DNA from: an uncultured Pseudomonadales bacterium | GTDB taxonomy: Bacteria > Patescibacteriota > Microgenomatia > UBA1400 > PJMF01 | Length of the DNA stretch: 58,257 bases | Assembly (NCBI GenBank): GCA_964653045.1 | Contig: CAZZBW010000004.1 | Span: 1-58,257, forward strand | Reading direction: 5' to 3' | Shown here: positions 1 to 7,978 of the stretch, piece by piece | Position numbering within the stretch: position 1 is the stretch's first letter | How the letters are laid out: each line of letters starts with the position of its first letter | The notes under the pieces: model-generated | What the model was told of the DNA's origin: nothing | The model's input: the letters and a program-made list of their open reading frames with translations, nothing else | Databases searched by the model: none | Position numbers and translations under genes: made by a program

Positions 1-167
1 TGAGTCACGAACTCATCTGCCACGTCTGCACCAGTGACTTTTTTCCCCATGTCCGTCAAGCACTGGGCGAGTGAGGTCATGCCCACTCCTTTAATCCCTA
101 CTAAATAAAATTGTTTTGCTTCATCGAGTAATGTCGAAATTTCAGATGCAGTTGCAGATTTGTTCAT
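1..167 (-). CDS. murC: Mur ligase family protein, MurC-like N-terminus (partial; 3' part lies beyond the left window edge)
   Basis: ATG at 165-167 (minus strand) opens MNKSATASEISTLLDEAKQFYLVGIKGVGMTSLAQCLTDMGKKVTGADVADEFVT. The GIxGxGMSxLAxxLxxxGxxVxGxD pattern is typical of the MurC N-terminal domain. It follows murE in the dcw cluster. Not in the ORF track because it is open-ended. Confidence 0.5.
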   Translation of the reverse strand, partial: MNKSATASEISTLLDEAKQFYLVGIKGVGMTSLAQCLTDMGKKVTGADVADEFVT

Positions 168-191
168 AAATAGCCCGCAAATTACTAATAA

Positions 192-1430
192 TTAGCTGAT
201 AATTGGTCCTAAAACCGGCTTTTGATGCTTGAGTGCCAATTCAGCAGCTTCTGTATCGCTCCATGAGTGTTCGTCTTGGCCAAAGCACAGGCTTTTTTCG
301 TGACCCTTGCCTAGAATTACTACAGTATCTCCTGCTTTAGCTAGGTGATTTATGGCAAAATAGATGGCCGCGCCTCGATCGGCGATCGAGAGGACTTTGT
401 GGTGATTTTTACCGAGGTCTGACTTGAGTTGAGTAATGATTGACCAGACGTTTTCCACTCTGGGATCTTCGGCGGTAAAAATCACCAAATCAGCATGCTC
501 GGCAGCCAGCTTTCCCATTTTTGGTCGCTTGGTGACATCACGTTGTCCAGCGGAACCGAGCACAGTGATTAATCTTCCTTTTGCGTTAGAACGTTGGGTT
601 TTTAATGATAATAACGCCGCCTCAACAGCTTTTGGTGTATGGGCAAAATCAACGATCACTCGAATTTTACGTGAGTTGGAAATTTGTTGCATCCGTCCGC
701 TCAGTTGTGGAAACTTTCTAATAGCCTGGGCAATGATTTTTGGGTCAATTTTAAGCTCAATTGCAATTAGAGAAGCTAGTTTGGCATTTAACTGATTGTA
801 GGCTTGATCGAAACGGGCGCGAACCGATTGTTTAATTACTAGAGGTAAATAAGAACTGGGTGAGTAAGCAACCAGATGTTGTTTTAATACTTTTTTCAAT
901 AATGTAAATGATTGATCTTCTTGATTAATCCAGACTTTGGGTGTGTGGTGGAATAAACTGGCTTTGGCCAAGACGTACTGGCGAAAATTAAGGTGATAGT
1001 CAAAGTGTTCGTGAGAGACGTTGGTGATAGCGCCAATTTGAGGAGTCAGCCCAAAATTACGAAATTGATATGCTCCGTGTGAAGTCATCTCGATCACGAG
1101 ATGAGTGCAGTCTAGATCAACCATTTTTCTTATAATTTGAAACAGCAGCTTGGGAGTGGGATTAGTCACATGTAGACCGGTTTCAATCTCATCACTACCA
1201 ATTTTTGCCCCAAGAGTAGAAATTAAACCAGTCTTGATCCCCGCCTGAGTAAGGATGTGATGAATCAGGGTGCTGGTGGTTGTTTTGCCATCTGTGCCAG
1301 TAATGGCAATGATAAACAATTTTTTCTGTGGAAAGTTGGTTTGGATGATGGCTGGAACTGCTTGACCAAGGGCGGTTTTAAAAAAGTGGTAAACCCGTTT
1401 CAACCTATATAAATACAATCTCCACTGCAT
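192..1430 (-). CDS. murE: UDP-N-acetylmuramoyl-L-alanyl-D-glutamate--diamino acid ligase (MurE-type Mur ligase), short form
   Basis: 412 aa. P-loop ITGTDGKTTTSTL, DFAHTPKAVEAAL, AEDPR and DRGAAI...GKGHE motifs are typical of MurE. It sits directly downstream of ftsI. The P-loop is at about residue 45, so the usual N-terminal domain is missing. Confidence 0.85.
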   Translation of the reverse strand: MQWRLYLYRLKRVYHFFKTALGQAVPAIIQTNFPQKKLFIIAITGTDGKTTTSTLIHHILTQAGIKTGLISTLGAKIGSDEIETGLHVTNPTPKLLFQIIRKMVDLDCTHLVIEMTSHGAYQFRNFGLTPQIGAITNVSHEHFDYHLNFRQYVLAKASLFHHTPKVWINQEDQSFTLLKKVLKQHLVAYSPSSYLPLVIKQSVRARFDQAYNQLNAKLASLIAIELKIDPKIIAQAIRKFPQLSGRMQQISNSRKIRVIVDFAHTPKAVEAALLSLKTQRSNAKGRLITVLGSAGQRDVTKRPKMGKLAAEHADLVIFTAEDPRVENVWSIITQLKSDLGKNHHKVLSIADRGAAIYFAINHLAKAGDTVVILGKGHEKSLCFGQDEHSWSDTEAAELALKHQKPVLGPIIS

Positions 1431-1470
1431 ATCTAGAAAAGATTATAGCATCGCCAGCTTGAGAATGGGC

Positions 1471-3249
1471 TTAGGGAGTTTTGTCTGGTGGAATGTTTAG
1501 GAGTAAATATAGGTCCTCAGCGACAGTGTACCAGAGTGGGGCGGCCGTTTCGGCCGCCCAGGGCGAAGTAGTGGGTTCAATTAACTTGACCAGCATCAGG
1601 AACTTTGGTTGATCGACTGGGGCAAAACCGATAAAGCTGGCAATAGTTTTGGTGGAGTCGTAACCACCTGGGTTAGCAACTTGAGATGTTCCAGTTTTGC
1701 CTGCCACTGTATGATCTGGTTGATACGTCCACTTGGCCTCACCTTGGCTAGCAGCCTCAACCATCATTTTTTTCATTAAAGTGGCAGTTTCTGGTTTGAT
1801 TACCTGCCTGATTGATTTAGGTTCGACCTCAATTTGGGTTTGAGAAATGGGATCATCGACATGACTCAGAATCTGCAGCTGCATCATCTCACCATTGTTG
1901 GCGATTGCTCCTACTGCTTGGGCCAGTTGAAGTGATGTAGTAAAAATACCTTGACCAAATGAGACCGTTGCTAACTCAACTGGCGCCCAAGTTTCTTTGA
2001 ACGGCGTGCTGGTGTCTCCTTGGAGGTCGAGGCCAAGAGGCGAACCCACTCCAAAATTTTTTAAGTACTCGCGGAATTTTTCTGCACCTAGAGATTCAGC
2101 GATATATATCATGGCTACGTTATCAGATTTAGCCAGAGCATCGGTAACGGTGATGTTGGGAGTGTATTGATCGTTCCAAGTTTTGATTGTGAATTGGCCA
2201 AATTGGCGTGGACCGGCGCAATTGGGACAGGTGCTGTTTGGAGTGATTACTCCAGCATCGAGAGCACTGGCAACAGTCAGAAGTTTAAATGTTGAGCCAG
2301 GCTCATAGGCAGCACTTAAGCTGGGATTGCGATAAAATTCTGGATCAAATTCAAAAAAAGTCCGCGGATCAAAGTTGGGCCAACTGGCCATTCCCAGAAT
2401 TTTACCGGTTGTTGGATCTGTGACGACAATCTCGCCAGCTTTTGCTCCATACTGTTCGATTCCTTGACGAAGGTGTTTTTCCAAACTGTATTGAACACTC
2501 CGCTGAATTGAAGTGGTAACATTTCTGCCGTCGAGTTGTTCAGCCTCTAGGACTGTAGCCTCTAAAGCGACACCTTTTGCGTCGGCTGTGAGGTTTTCTT
2601 CGCGGGAGCGCGGTTTCAATTCTTGGTGCATACCGCCCTCCAGCCCAAAGTAGCCCACATCTTCTCCCTGGGAGTTTTTACCCACAAATCCTACCAACTG
2701 TGCTGCTAAAGACGCTTCTGGATAATAGCGCTGAAAATATTGATCAAAACCAAGATACGGATGATTCAACGCCTCAATCGCAATTTTGGTTTCGGAGTTG
2801 ATTGGTTGATAAAGACTCACCCACTTAATTTTCGGTTTGGTGAGTTTTTGTAGTAATGAGTGCTCTAGATTTTTTTGCTCCTCTCCCAAATTGGTAATGA
2901 GTTGATTGGTTTGTCCTTGAATAATCGTTTGAGCCAGGATTTGGGCGAGCGATGCCAGTTCATCTTTGGGAATTAAATGAGGTTGGGCAAATAAACGGTA
3001 AACTTCTTGGTTGGTGACCAAAGGTTGGCCGTCGGCAAAATATATTTCCCCCCGTTGGCCAGATTGTAAATAGGTACGTTGATATTGCGCTTGAGCAACC
3101 GCTTCAAGCTCAGTATGTTTGATGACTTGCCAATAAAATAATCTCATTACTATCAGGGCGAAAGAAGTCAAGATAAAACCAAGAAAAAATCGGACGCGGT
3201 GATAAATCGGTGTAATAACTTTGGTTTGAGTTCGTAAATGGCGACGCAT
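1471..3249 (-). CDS. ftsI: Penicillin-binding protein 2 / FtsI-type peptidoglycan D,D-transpeptidase
   Basis: 592 aa. N-terminal TM helix (FFLGFILTSFALIVMRLFYW). Transpeptidase motifs SxxK (GSTFKLLT), SxN (KSDNVAM) and KTG (AGKTGTSQ). dcw position after ftsL. Confidence 0.9.
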   Translation of the reverse strand: MRRHLRTQTKVITPIYHRVRFFLGFILTSFALIVMRLFYWQVIKHTELEAVAQAQYQRTYLQSGQRGEIYFADGQPLVTNQEVYRLFAQPHLIPKDELASLAQILAQTIIQGQTNQLITNLGEEQKNLEHSLLQKLTKPKIKWVSLYQPINSETKIAIEALNHPYLGFDQYFQRYYPEASLAAQLVGFVGKNSQGEDVGYFGLEGGMHQELKPRSREENLTADAKGVALEATVLEAEQLDGRNVTTSIQRSVQYSLEKHLRQGIEQYGAKAGEIVVTDPTTGKILGMASWPNFDPRTFFEFDPEFYRNPSLSAAYEPGSTFKLLTVASALDAGVITPNSTCPNCAGPRQFGQFTIKTWNDQYTPNITVTDALAKSDNVAMIYIAESLGAEKFREYLKNFGVGSPLGLDLQGDTSTPFKETWAPVELATVSFGQGIFTTSLQLAQAVGAIANNGEMMQLQILSHVDDPISQTQIEVEPKSIRQVIKPETATLMKKMMVEAASQGEAKWTYQPDHTVAGKTGTSQVANPGGYDSTKTIASFIGFAPVDQPKFLMLVKLIEPTTSPWAAETAAPLWYTVAEDLYLLLNIPPDKTP

Positions 3250-3263
3250 TGCAAAAAATTAAA

Positions 3264-3590
3264 TCATGGGGCGACAAGATTCGCAACAGCACCGGACTCA
3301 GACAAACTCAGATATATCTGCATTGGCTCATAGGCCAGAGAAGAACTGGCAGCGACTGAACGCGTCACTGATTTGTTTTGATCAATCTCAGCTTTCAATT
3401 GGCTGATTTCGTCAGCCAATTGTCGTTGTTGCTTTTCTAATACCACCGAAAGATTGCGCAAGCGAATGACTTGGGCAGATTCCCAAAGCGTCTGGCCAAT
3501 GCTCCAAGTCGTCAAGCTAAACAAAAGAATATAAAAGAGCAAAAATCTCTTGCGTGGTTTAGGTTGTGAGCTTGGGGTTAGTCTGAGCAT
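3264..3590 (-). CDS. ftsL: FtsL-like cell division protein (small bitopic coiled-coil protein)
   Basis: 108 aa. One TM helix (FLLFYILLFSLTTWSIG) followed by a coiled-coil-like segment (LEKQQRQLADEISQLKAEIDQNK). Located between rsmH and ftsI. Assignment rests on position and architecture only. Confidence 0.5.
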   Translation of the reverse strand: MLRLTPSSQPKPRKRFLLFYILLFSLTTWSIGQTLWESAQVIRLRNLSVVLEKQQRQLADEISQLKAEIDQNKSVTRSVAASSSLAYEPMQIYLSLSESGAVANLVAP

Positions 3591-3597
3591 AATACTT

Positions 3598-4473
3598 TCA
3601 AATGAGTTCGATAGCTCTTAACTTGGTACTTCTTGAACGTGGGTTATCGGAAATTTCTTGGCTGGACGGCGTCAGTGGTTTGGGAGTCAAAAGTTTGGCC
3701 TGACCAAGCTTGGTCAGCTCTGCAAAGAAGTTTTTGACAATTTTATCTTCACCCTGATGGAACGCAAGGCATACCATTCTACCCTTAGATTCAAGTAACT
3801 CGCTGACCTTTGGTAGTGCTTGCTCGATATTATCTAGCTCACAGTTGACCGCGATCCGCAAGGCTTGAAATACCTTGGTGGCGGGATGAAGCTTACCGCG
3901 CTTGTGGCGATTTAAGTTTTCGATTAACTCAACCAACTGTTTGGTCGTTTTAATTGGGTTGGGGGCGGTCTTGATTGCTTTGGCAATTGCACCAGCTTGA
4001 GTTTCTCCCCCAGCTGATCGGAATAGATTGGTTAGTTGTTGTGCAGATAGCACTTGAATCAAATCTGCAGCTGAAACTCCGAGCTCTTGGTCCATGCGCA
4101 TATCTAGTGCTGATTCGTGTTGAAAGCTGAAACCGCGATTTGGCGCCAGCAGCTGATCACTGCTGGCGCCAAAATCGAACAAAGCTCCTGAAAGCCTGGA
4201 CAGGTGATTGGCTTTCATGACTTGTTCGGCGTGAATAAAGTTGGATTTAACTAAAATCAGTTGATTGTTGGCAATTGGCTGAGCTAATGCCTGGCGACCG
4301 TACTCAATTGCATCTTGATCGCAATCTAGAGCCAAAACTTTTCCACCAGCATTGAGGATAGCTTCCGTGTGACCGCCCCGACCAAAAGTAGCATCCAGAT
4401 ACCAATGATTTGGTTGAATGTTGAGGTTCTCGATCGTTTCCTTGAGCATGGCTGGTTGGTGAATCTTTTGCAT
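3598..4473 (-). CDS. rsmH: 16S rRNA (cytosine1402-N4)-methyltransferase RsmH/MraW
   Basis: 291 aa. DATFGRGGHTEAIL SAM motif, FDFGASSDQL, FSF...LDMRMD and NPRSRSTKLRA tail are all characteristic of RsmH. Second gene of the dcw cluster. Confidence 0.95.
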   Translation of the reverse strand: MQKIHQPAMLKETIENLNIQPNHWYLDATFGRGGHTEAILNAGGKVLALDCDQDAIEYGRQALAQPIANNQLILVKSNFIHAEQVMKANHLSRLSGALFDFGASSDQLLAPNRGFSFQHESALDMRMDQELGVSAADLIQVLSAQQLTNLFRSAGGETQAGAIAKAIKTAPNPIKTTKQLVELIENLNRHKRGKLHPATKVFQALRIAVNCELDNIEQALPKVSELLESKGRMVCLAFHQGEDKIVKNFFAELTKLGQAKLLTPKPLTPSSQEISDNPRSRSTKLRAIELI

Positions 4474-4475
4474 AT

Positions 4476-4907
4476 TTAGTTTTTGTTCTCCACAACTATT
4501 TGTTCGGCAATTTTTTCTGCATCAGGAGACAGAGTGTCAAGATGCTGGTGGTATTTAACTTGATCCCAAATCTCGATGTATTGAAAACTACCGACAATTA
4601 CCACTTGTTTATCTAGTCCCGCTTGAGTAATTAAGTAATCTGGAACACTGATCCGACCCAGCGAGTCAGGCTTGACCTCTTTAGCATCATTAGTCAACAA
4701 CCGGGTTAGTTCACGCTGGTTCTTGTTGGTAAAAGTTTGTGCCGCGATCAAGCTCAGGTTTTTTTCAAACTCTTTGAAAGGTAGCAAGAAAAGGCAGCCT
4801 TCAAATCCACGGGTTAGCACCCAGTTAGGCTGCTGATGACGGAATGCTTTGGGTAGGGACAACCTGCCCTTTGATTCAAGCCGGTGGTAGTATCTGCCGA
4901 TAAACAT
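4476..4907 (-). CDS. mraZ: Transcriptional regulator MraZ
   Basis: 143 aa. MFIGRYYHRLESKGRLSLPKAFR plus a second SpoVT/AbrB-like half (GRISVPDYL). First gene of the dcw cluster, followed 2 nt later by rsmH. Confidence 0.9.
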   Translation of the reverse strand: MFIGRYYHRLESKGRLSLPKAFRHQQPNWVLTRGFEGCLFLLPFKEFEKNLSLIAAQTFTNKNQRELTRLLTNDAKEVKPDSLGRISVPDYLITQAGLDKQVVIVGSFQYIEIWDQVKYHQHLDTLSPDAEKIAEQIVVENKN

Positions 4908-5076
4908 ATTGTAAAAAAATTATATAAGATTATTTACCACCTTTTTCCATCTATTGTCAAGTAGAAGATTAGCAGAAAGCGTAGTTTCAATACCTTTTGT
5001 CACGTAATTAATACTCAAGAGTTACTCGAGAAAAGGAAAAATCTGTAAAAAACTGAAAAAAGAGGAAAAACAAAAA

Positions 5077-5916
5077 CTACTCAGCTGTAGCGTTAGGCAC
5101 GATTGCTAAGAAAAGTTCTGCCAATTTAACTGTCGCTGTGATCGCTTTGCCATCAACTGTGCCAGGATAATACTCCCAAGCCTCACCGTCCCAGGCCGCG
5201 ATCTGTAACTGACCTTCTTCGTTTGCTCTGAGAGTTAGCTCTCCTTCTCCGGAGAGCTGAGTGGAACCCTGCAGAGAGTAAATTTCTGAAACAACTTTTC
5301 CCTCTACTTCATCTGGATATCCGGGAGCATTAAAGACAATCACGTAGCGTTGCTGGGCTATACCATCGGCAGTCAGTTGAAACTTGGCATCTTTTGAAGC
5401 CACCTGGGTTTCTTTGGTATCGTTATCGAAATATCGCCAGTCTGATTTCAGCACATACTTTTCATCACCGAGAAAGCGCGTAAGTAGCGTCCCACCCTTG
5501 ATGTCAGTGTGATAGGTACATGCGCCTCCGGCGCTACAGCTGCCAAACAAGATTTTCTCACTGAACGGAAGGCTGGATAGATCTAACGCCCCAAAGGCTC
5601 CTTGAAGTAAGGTACCTGCTTGGTACTCAAGTTCATACTCGCCCTCGGAGGCGGGTTTTTTGATACTTGCCAGGGTAATCTCGACATTTTTACCATCTGC
5701 TAGTGGTGTAAGGTAAACATAAGGACGTTGATCCACTGGGATGACATTGATTTCTTCGATCTGTTTCTTTTTTTTCTCTTCGGTTGGAGTTGGAGGTGCG
5801 TCTGGACGAGCTGTAATTTTGACGACAGCAACTATGCCAATAATTAACAGCAACGTTGCCGCTCCAATTGCTATACCTAGTTTTGGATTAGATTGAATTT
5901 TGGTCAAAATATTCAT
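5077..5916 (-). CDS. Hypothetical membrane-anchored extracytoplasmic protein
   Basis: 279 aa. Single N-terminal TM helix (LGIAIGAATLLLIIGIVAVV), then a Pro/Lys-rich linker and a beta-rich-looking domain. Start overlaps the glyQS stop by 4 nt (ATGA coupling). Confidence 0.7.
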   Translation of the reverse strand: MNILTKIQSNPKLGIAIGAATLLLIIGIVAVVKITARPDAPPTPTEEKKKKQIEEINVIPVDQRPYVYLTPLADGKNVEITLASIKKPASEGEYELEYQAGTLLQGAFGALDLSSLPFSEKILFGSCSAGGACTYHTDIKGGTLLTRFLGDEKYVLKSDWRYFDNDTKETQVASKDAKFQLTADGIAQQRYVIVFNAPGYPDEVEGKVVSEIYSLQGSTQLSGEGELTLRANEEGQLQIAAWDGEAWEYYPGTVDGKAITATVKLAELFLAIVPNATAE

Positions 5917-7319
5917 TTTAAGTGTTGATCTAAAAACTGAGTCAATTTTTCCAAACTAATTCGAGTTTGGGCAGCGTTATCGCGCTCACGGACAGTAATT
6001 GTATCATTATCCAACGTTTCAAAATCAATAGTCAAACAGAATGGTGTACCGATCTCGTCTTGAGACAGATAGCGCTTGCCAATATTGCCCCGATCGTCCC
6101 AGACTACGCGGTACTTTCCAAGCAAGGAATGATAAATTTGCTTGGCTTTATCGACCAATTCAGGCCTATTTTTCAATAATGGGAAAACTGCCGCAGTAAT
6201 CGGTGCCAAAGATGGTTTGAAACGTAAAACAATGCGATTTTTGGCTTCATCATGCCAGTAGGCATGATGAAGCACCATTAGAAAAGCTCGACCAATGCCT
6301 AGTGCCGGTTCAATTACGTGGGGAATAAAACTGTCGCCAGTTTGGGGGTCGCGGTATTCTAAGCTGGTGCCTGAATACTGCTGGTGTTGTTTGAGATCAT
6401 AATCAGTTCGGTACGCGACCCCCCACAACTCTTTAAAGCCAAAGGGAAATTGGTACTCGAGGTCATAGGTATCTAGTGAGTAATGCGAACGTTCTTGGTC
6501 AGTGTGTTGGCGCCAGCGCAGGCTTGATTCCTCAATACCTAAAGTCTGGTGGACAAACTGCCACATGGCTTCTTTCCACTCGTTGAGAAGTGTCTGCCAT
6601 TCTTGAGTTTGAGGATTGAAAAAGTACTCAATTTCAGCTTGCTCTATCTCCAGAGTGCGGAATACAAACTGACCCGTGGTGACTTCGTTACGAAATGATT
6701 TGCCCATCTGTCCTACGCCAAATGGTAACTGCATTCGAGTTGAGTCTAGAATTTGTTTAAAGTTGGTAAATATACCTTGTGCGGTTTCACCCCTGAGATA
6801 AACTTTGGCTTTTTCGCCAGTGACTGCACCAATCGCGGTTTCAAACAACAGGTTGAATCCTTTGGGTGCCGACAAAGGATTGCCTTCGGGACTTACAATG
6901 CGATGTTTGGAAATCAATTGTTCCATTTCAACCAAACTCAGGTTTTCGATAATTAGGGTTTGCAAATCAGGGTTACTTAGCTGTGAAGGCAGTTGCAACC
7001 AAGTTTCTATGAGATGATCTGCCCGATAACGTTTGTGAGTAACTAAATCTTCAACTAAAGGATCGTTAAATTCTGCAACATGACCAGAAGCAATCCAGGT
7101 TTGAGGGTGTTGAATAATTTGGCTATCAATGCCAATCATGTCAGGACGCGACTCAATAAAGTGGTGCCACCATAAGTCGCGAATGTTTTTTAACAACTGG
7201 GTGCCCAAGGGACCATAATCATATGAGTTGGCTAATCCACCATAAATCTCGCTAGTGGGATAAACGAAACCGCGGCGTTTAGCTAACGACACCAGTTCGT
7301 CTAATGTGGCTGAGTGCAT
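5913..7319 (-). CDS. glyQS: Glycine--tRNA ligase (dimeric alpha2 type)
   Basis: 468 aa. N-terminus LAKRRGFVYPTSEIYGGLANSYDYGPLG, GETAQGIF and FRNE...RTLEIEQAEIEYF motifs, plus a C-terminal anticodon-binding region, are typical of GlyQS. Confidence 0.95.
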   Translation of the reverse strand: MHSATLDELVSLAKRRGFVYPTSEIYGGLANSYDYGPLGTQLLKNIRDLWWHHFIESRPDMIGIDSQIIQHPQTWIASGHVAEFNDPLVEDLVTHKRYRADHLIETWLQLPSQLSNPDLQTLIIENLSLVEMEQLISKHRIVSPEGNPLSAPKGFNLLFETAIGAVTGEKAKVYLRGETAQGIFTNFKQILDSTRMQLPFGVGQMGKSFRNEVTTGQFVFRTLEIEQAEIEYFFNPQTQEWQTLLNEWKEAMWQFVHQTLGIEESSLRWRQHTDQERSHYSLDTYDLEYQFPFGFKELWGVAYRTDYDLKQHQQYSGTSLEYRDPQTGDSFIPHVIEPALGIGRAFLMVLHHAYWHDEAKNRIVLRFKPSLAPITAAVFPLLKNRPELVDKAKQIYHSLLGKYRVVWDDRGNIGKRYLSQDEIGTPFCLTIDFETLDNDTITVRERDNAAQTRISLEKLTQFLDQHLK

Positions 7320-7396
7320 AAATCAAAACCTATGTTACACGAATGAGGTGTAGTCTAACAAAAAACCCCCTACTCTACCAGTGCGCAAACGGCAGC

Positions 7397-7978
7397 TTAA
7401 ACCCGGAGAAACTCAAAACTATTCAATTTTCGTTCTGCTAATGCGCTGACATAGGCAGATATTGAAGGATATGGTGATTCTTCCGGGTCGGCAAAACCCA
7501 GCGCCATAATTATTTGACGCAGTTGGAGCTTGATTTCTTTATTCGAGTTGTGAAGCTCAGTAATGAGGCTACGAGTAAGTAAGATTTTTTGGAATAGTTG
7601 TTCGTCGAGCTCCTGCTCGACGAACAGATTGTCCAGAATTTCTAGGTATTCAGATAGTTGACGATAGGCTTTTAAATCCAGGCAGGCGTGAGTCTGACTG
7701 GCCGCTTTGGCCTCAGTTAAAAGCGGCCAGTCACTGCGGGTAAAGACCAGGTAAGCTTCCGCCACGCTGCCGGGTTCTAGTAGGGCTCTTTTATTTGACT
7801 TGAGTTTGCGCGCTCCTTTGGCTAAACAAGTGATTTTGCCAAACTCGCGGGTGAGAAGTGTCACCACTCGATCAGTTTCGCCAAAATTGTAGCGTTTGAT
7901 GATGATCGCAAGAACAGTTTGGCTGCGGTGTGACATAGGTAATCTATGGATATAAATTAATTTAAAACTCAAGCTCAA
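7397..7978 (-). CDS. recO: DNA repair protein RecO
   Basis: The OB-fold N-terminus (VLAIIIKRYNFGETDRVVTLLTREFGKITCLAKGARK) resembles RecO. recO next to glyQS is a synteny known from Bacillus. A more likely start is the second Met (MSHRSQ..., 7936), which would remove the 17-nt overlap with the upstream gene. Confidence 0.8.
   Translation of the reverse strand: MSLSFKLIYIHRLPMSHRSQTVLAIIIKRYNFGETDRVVTLLTREFGKITCLAKGARKLKSNKRALLEPGSVAEAYLVFTRSDWPLLTEAKAASQTHACLDLKAYRQLSEYLEILDNLFVEQELDEQLFQKILLTRSLITELHNSNKEIKLQLRQIIMALGFADPEESPYPSISAYVSALAERKLNSFEFLRV

Noticed and set aside
436-795. A 119-aa plus-strand ORF inside murE. Many similar 60-110-aa ORFs in the track fall in the same class: 2316-2522, 3110-3292, 4304-4495, 5967-6179, 6753-7017, 8749-9027, 10250-10453, 13304-13498, 15613-15813, 16850-17071, 17394-17666, 17997-18299, 24076-24339, 24650-24931, 26668-26862, 28173-28433, 56372-57131 and others.
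   Set aside because: All lie antisense to, or out of frame within, long ORFs that carry strong family motifs. Their translations are low-complexity or Ser/Arg/Cys-rich shadow sequences with no motifs. They are treated as non-coding.
4908-5076. A search for MraZ operator-type direct repeats and a clear promoter upstream of mraZ.
   Set aside because: Only a TTGACA hexamer (reverse complement of 4955-4960) and a TATATAAT element (reverse complement of 4919-4926, 11 nt from the ATG) were seen. No convincing series of phased repeat boxes was found, and the promoter geometry is ambiguous, so no regulatory feature is called.
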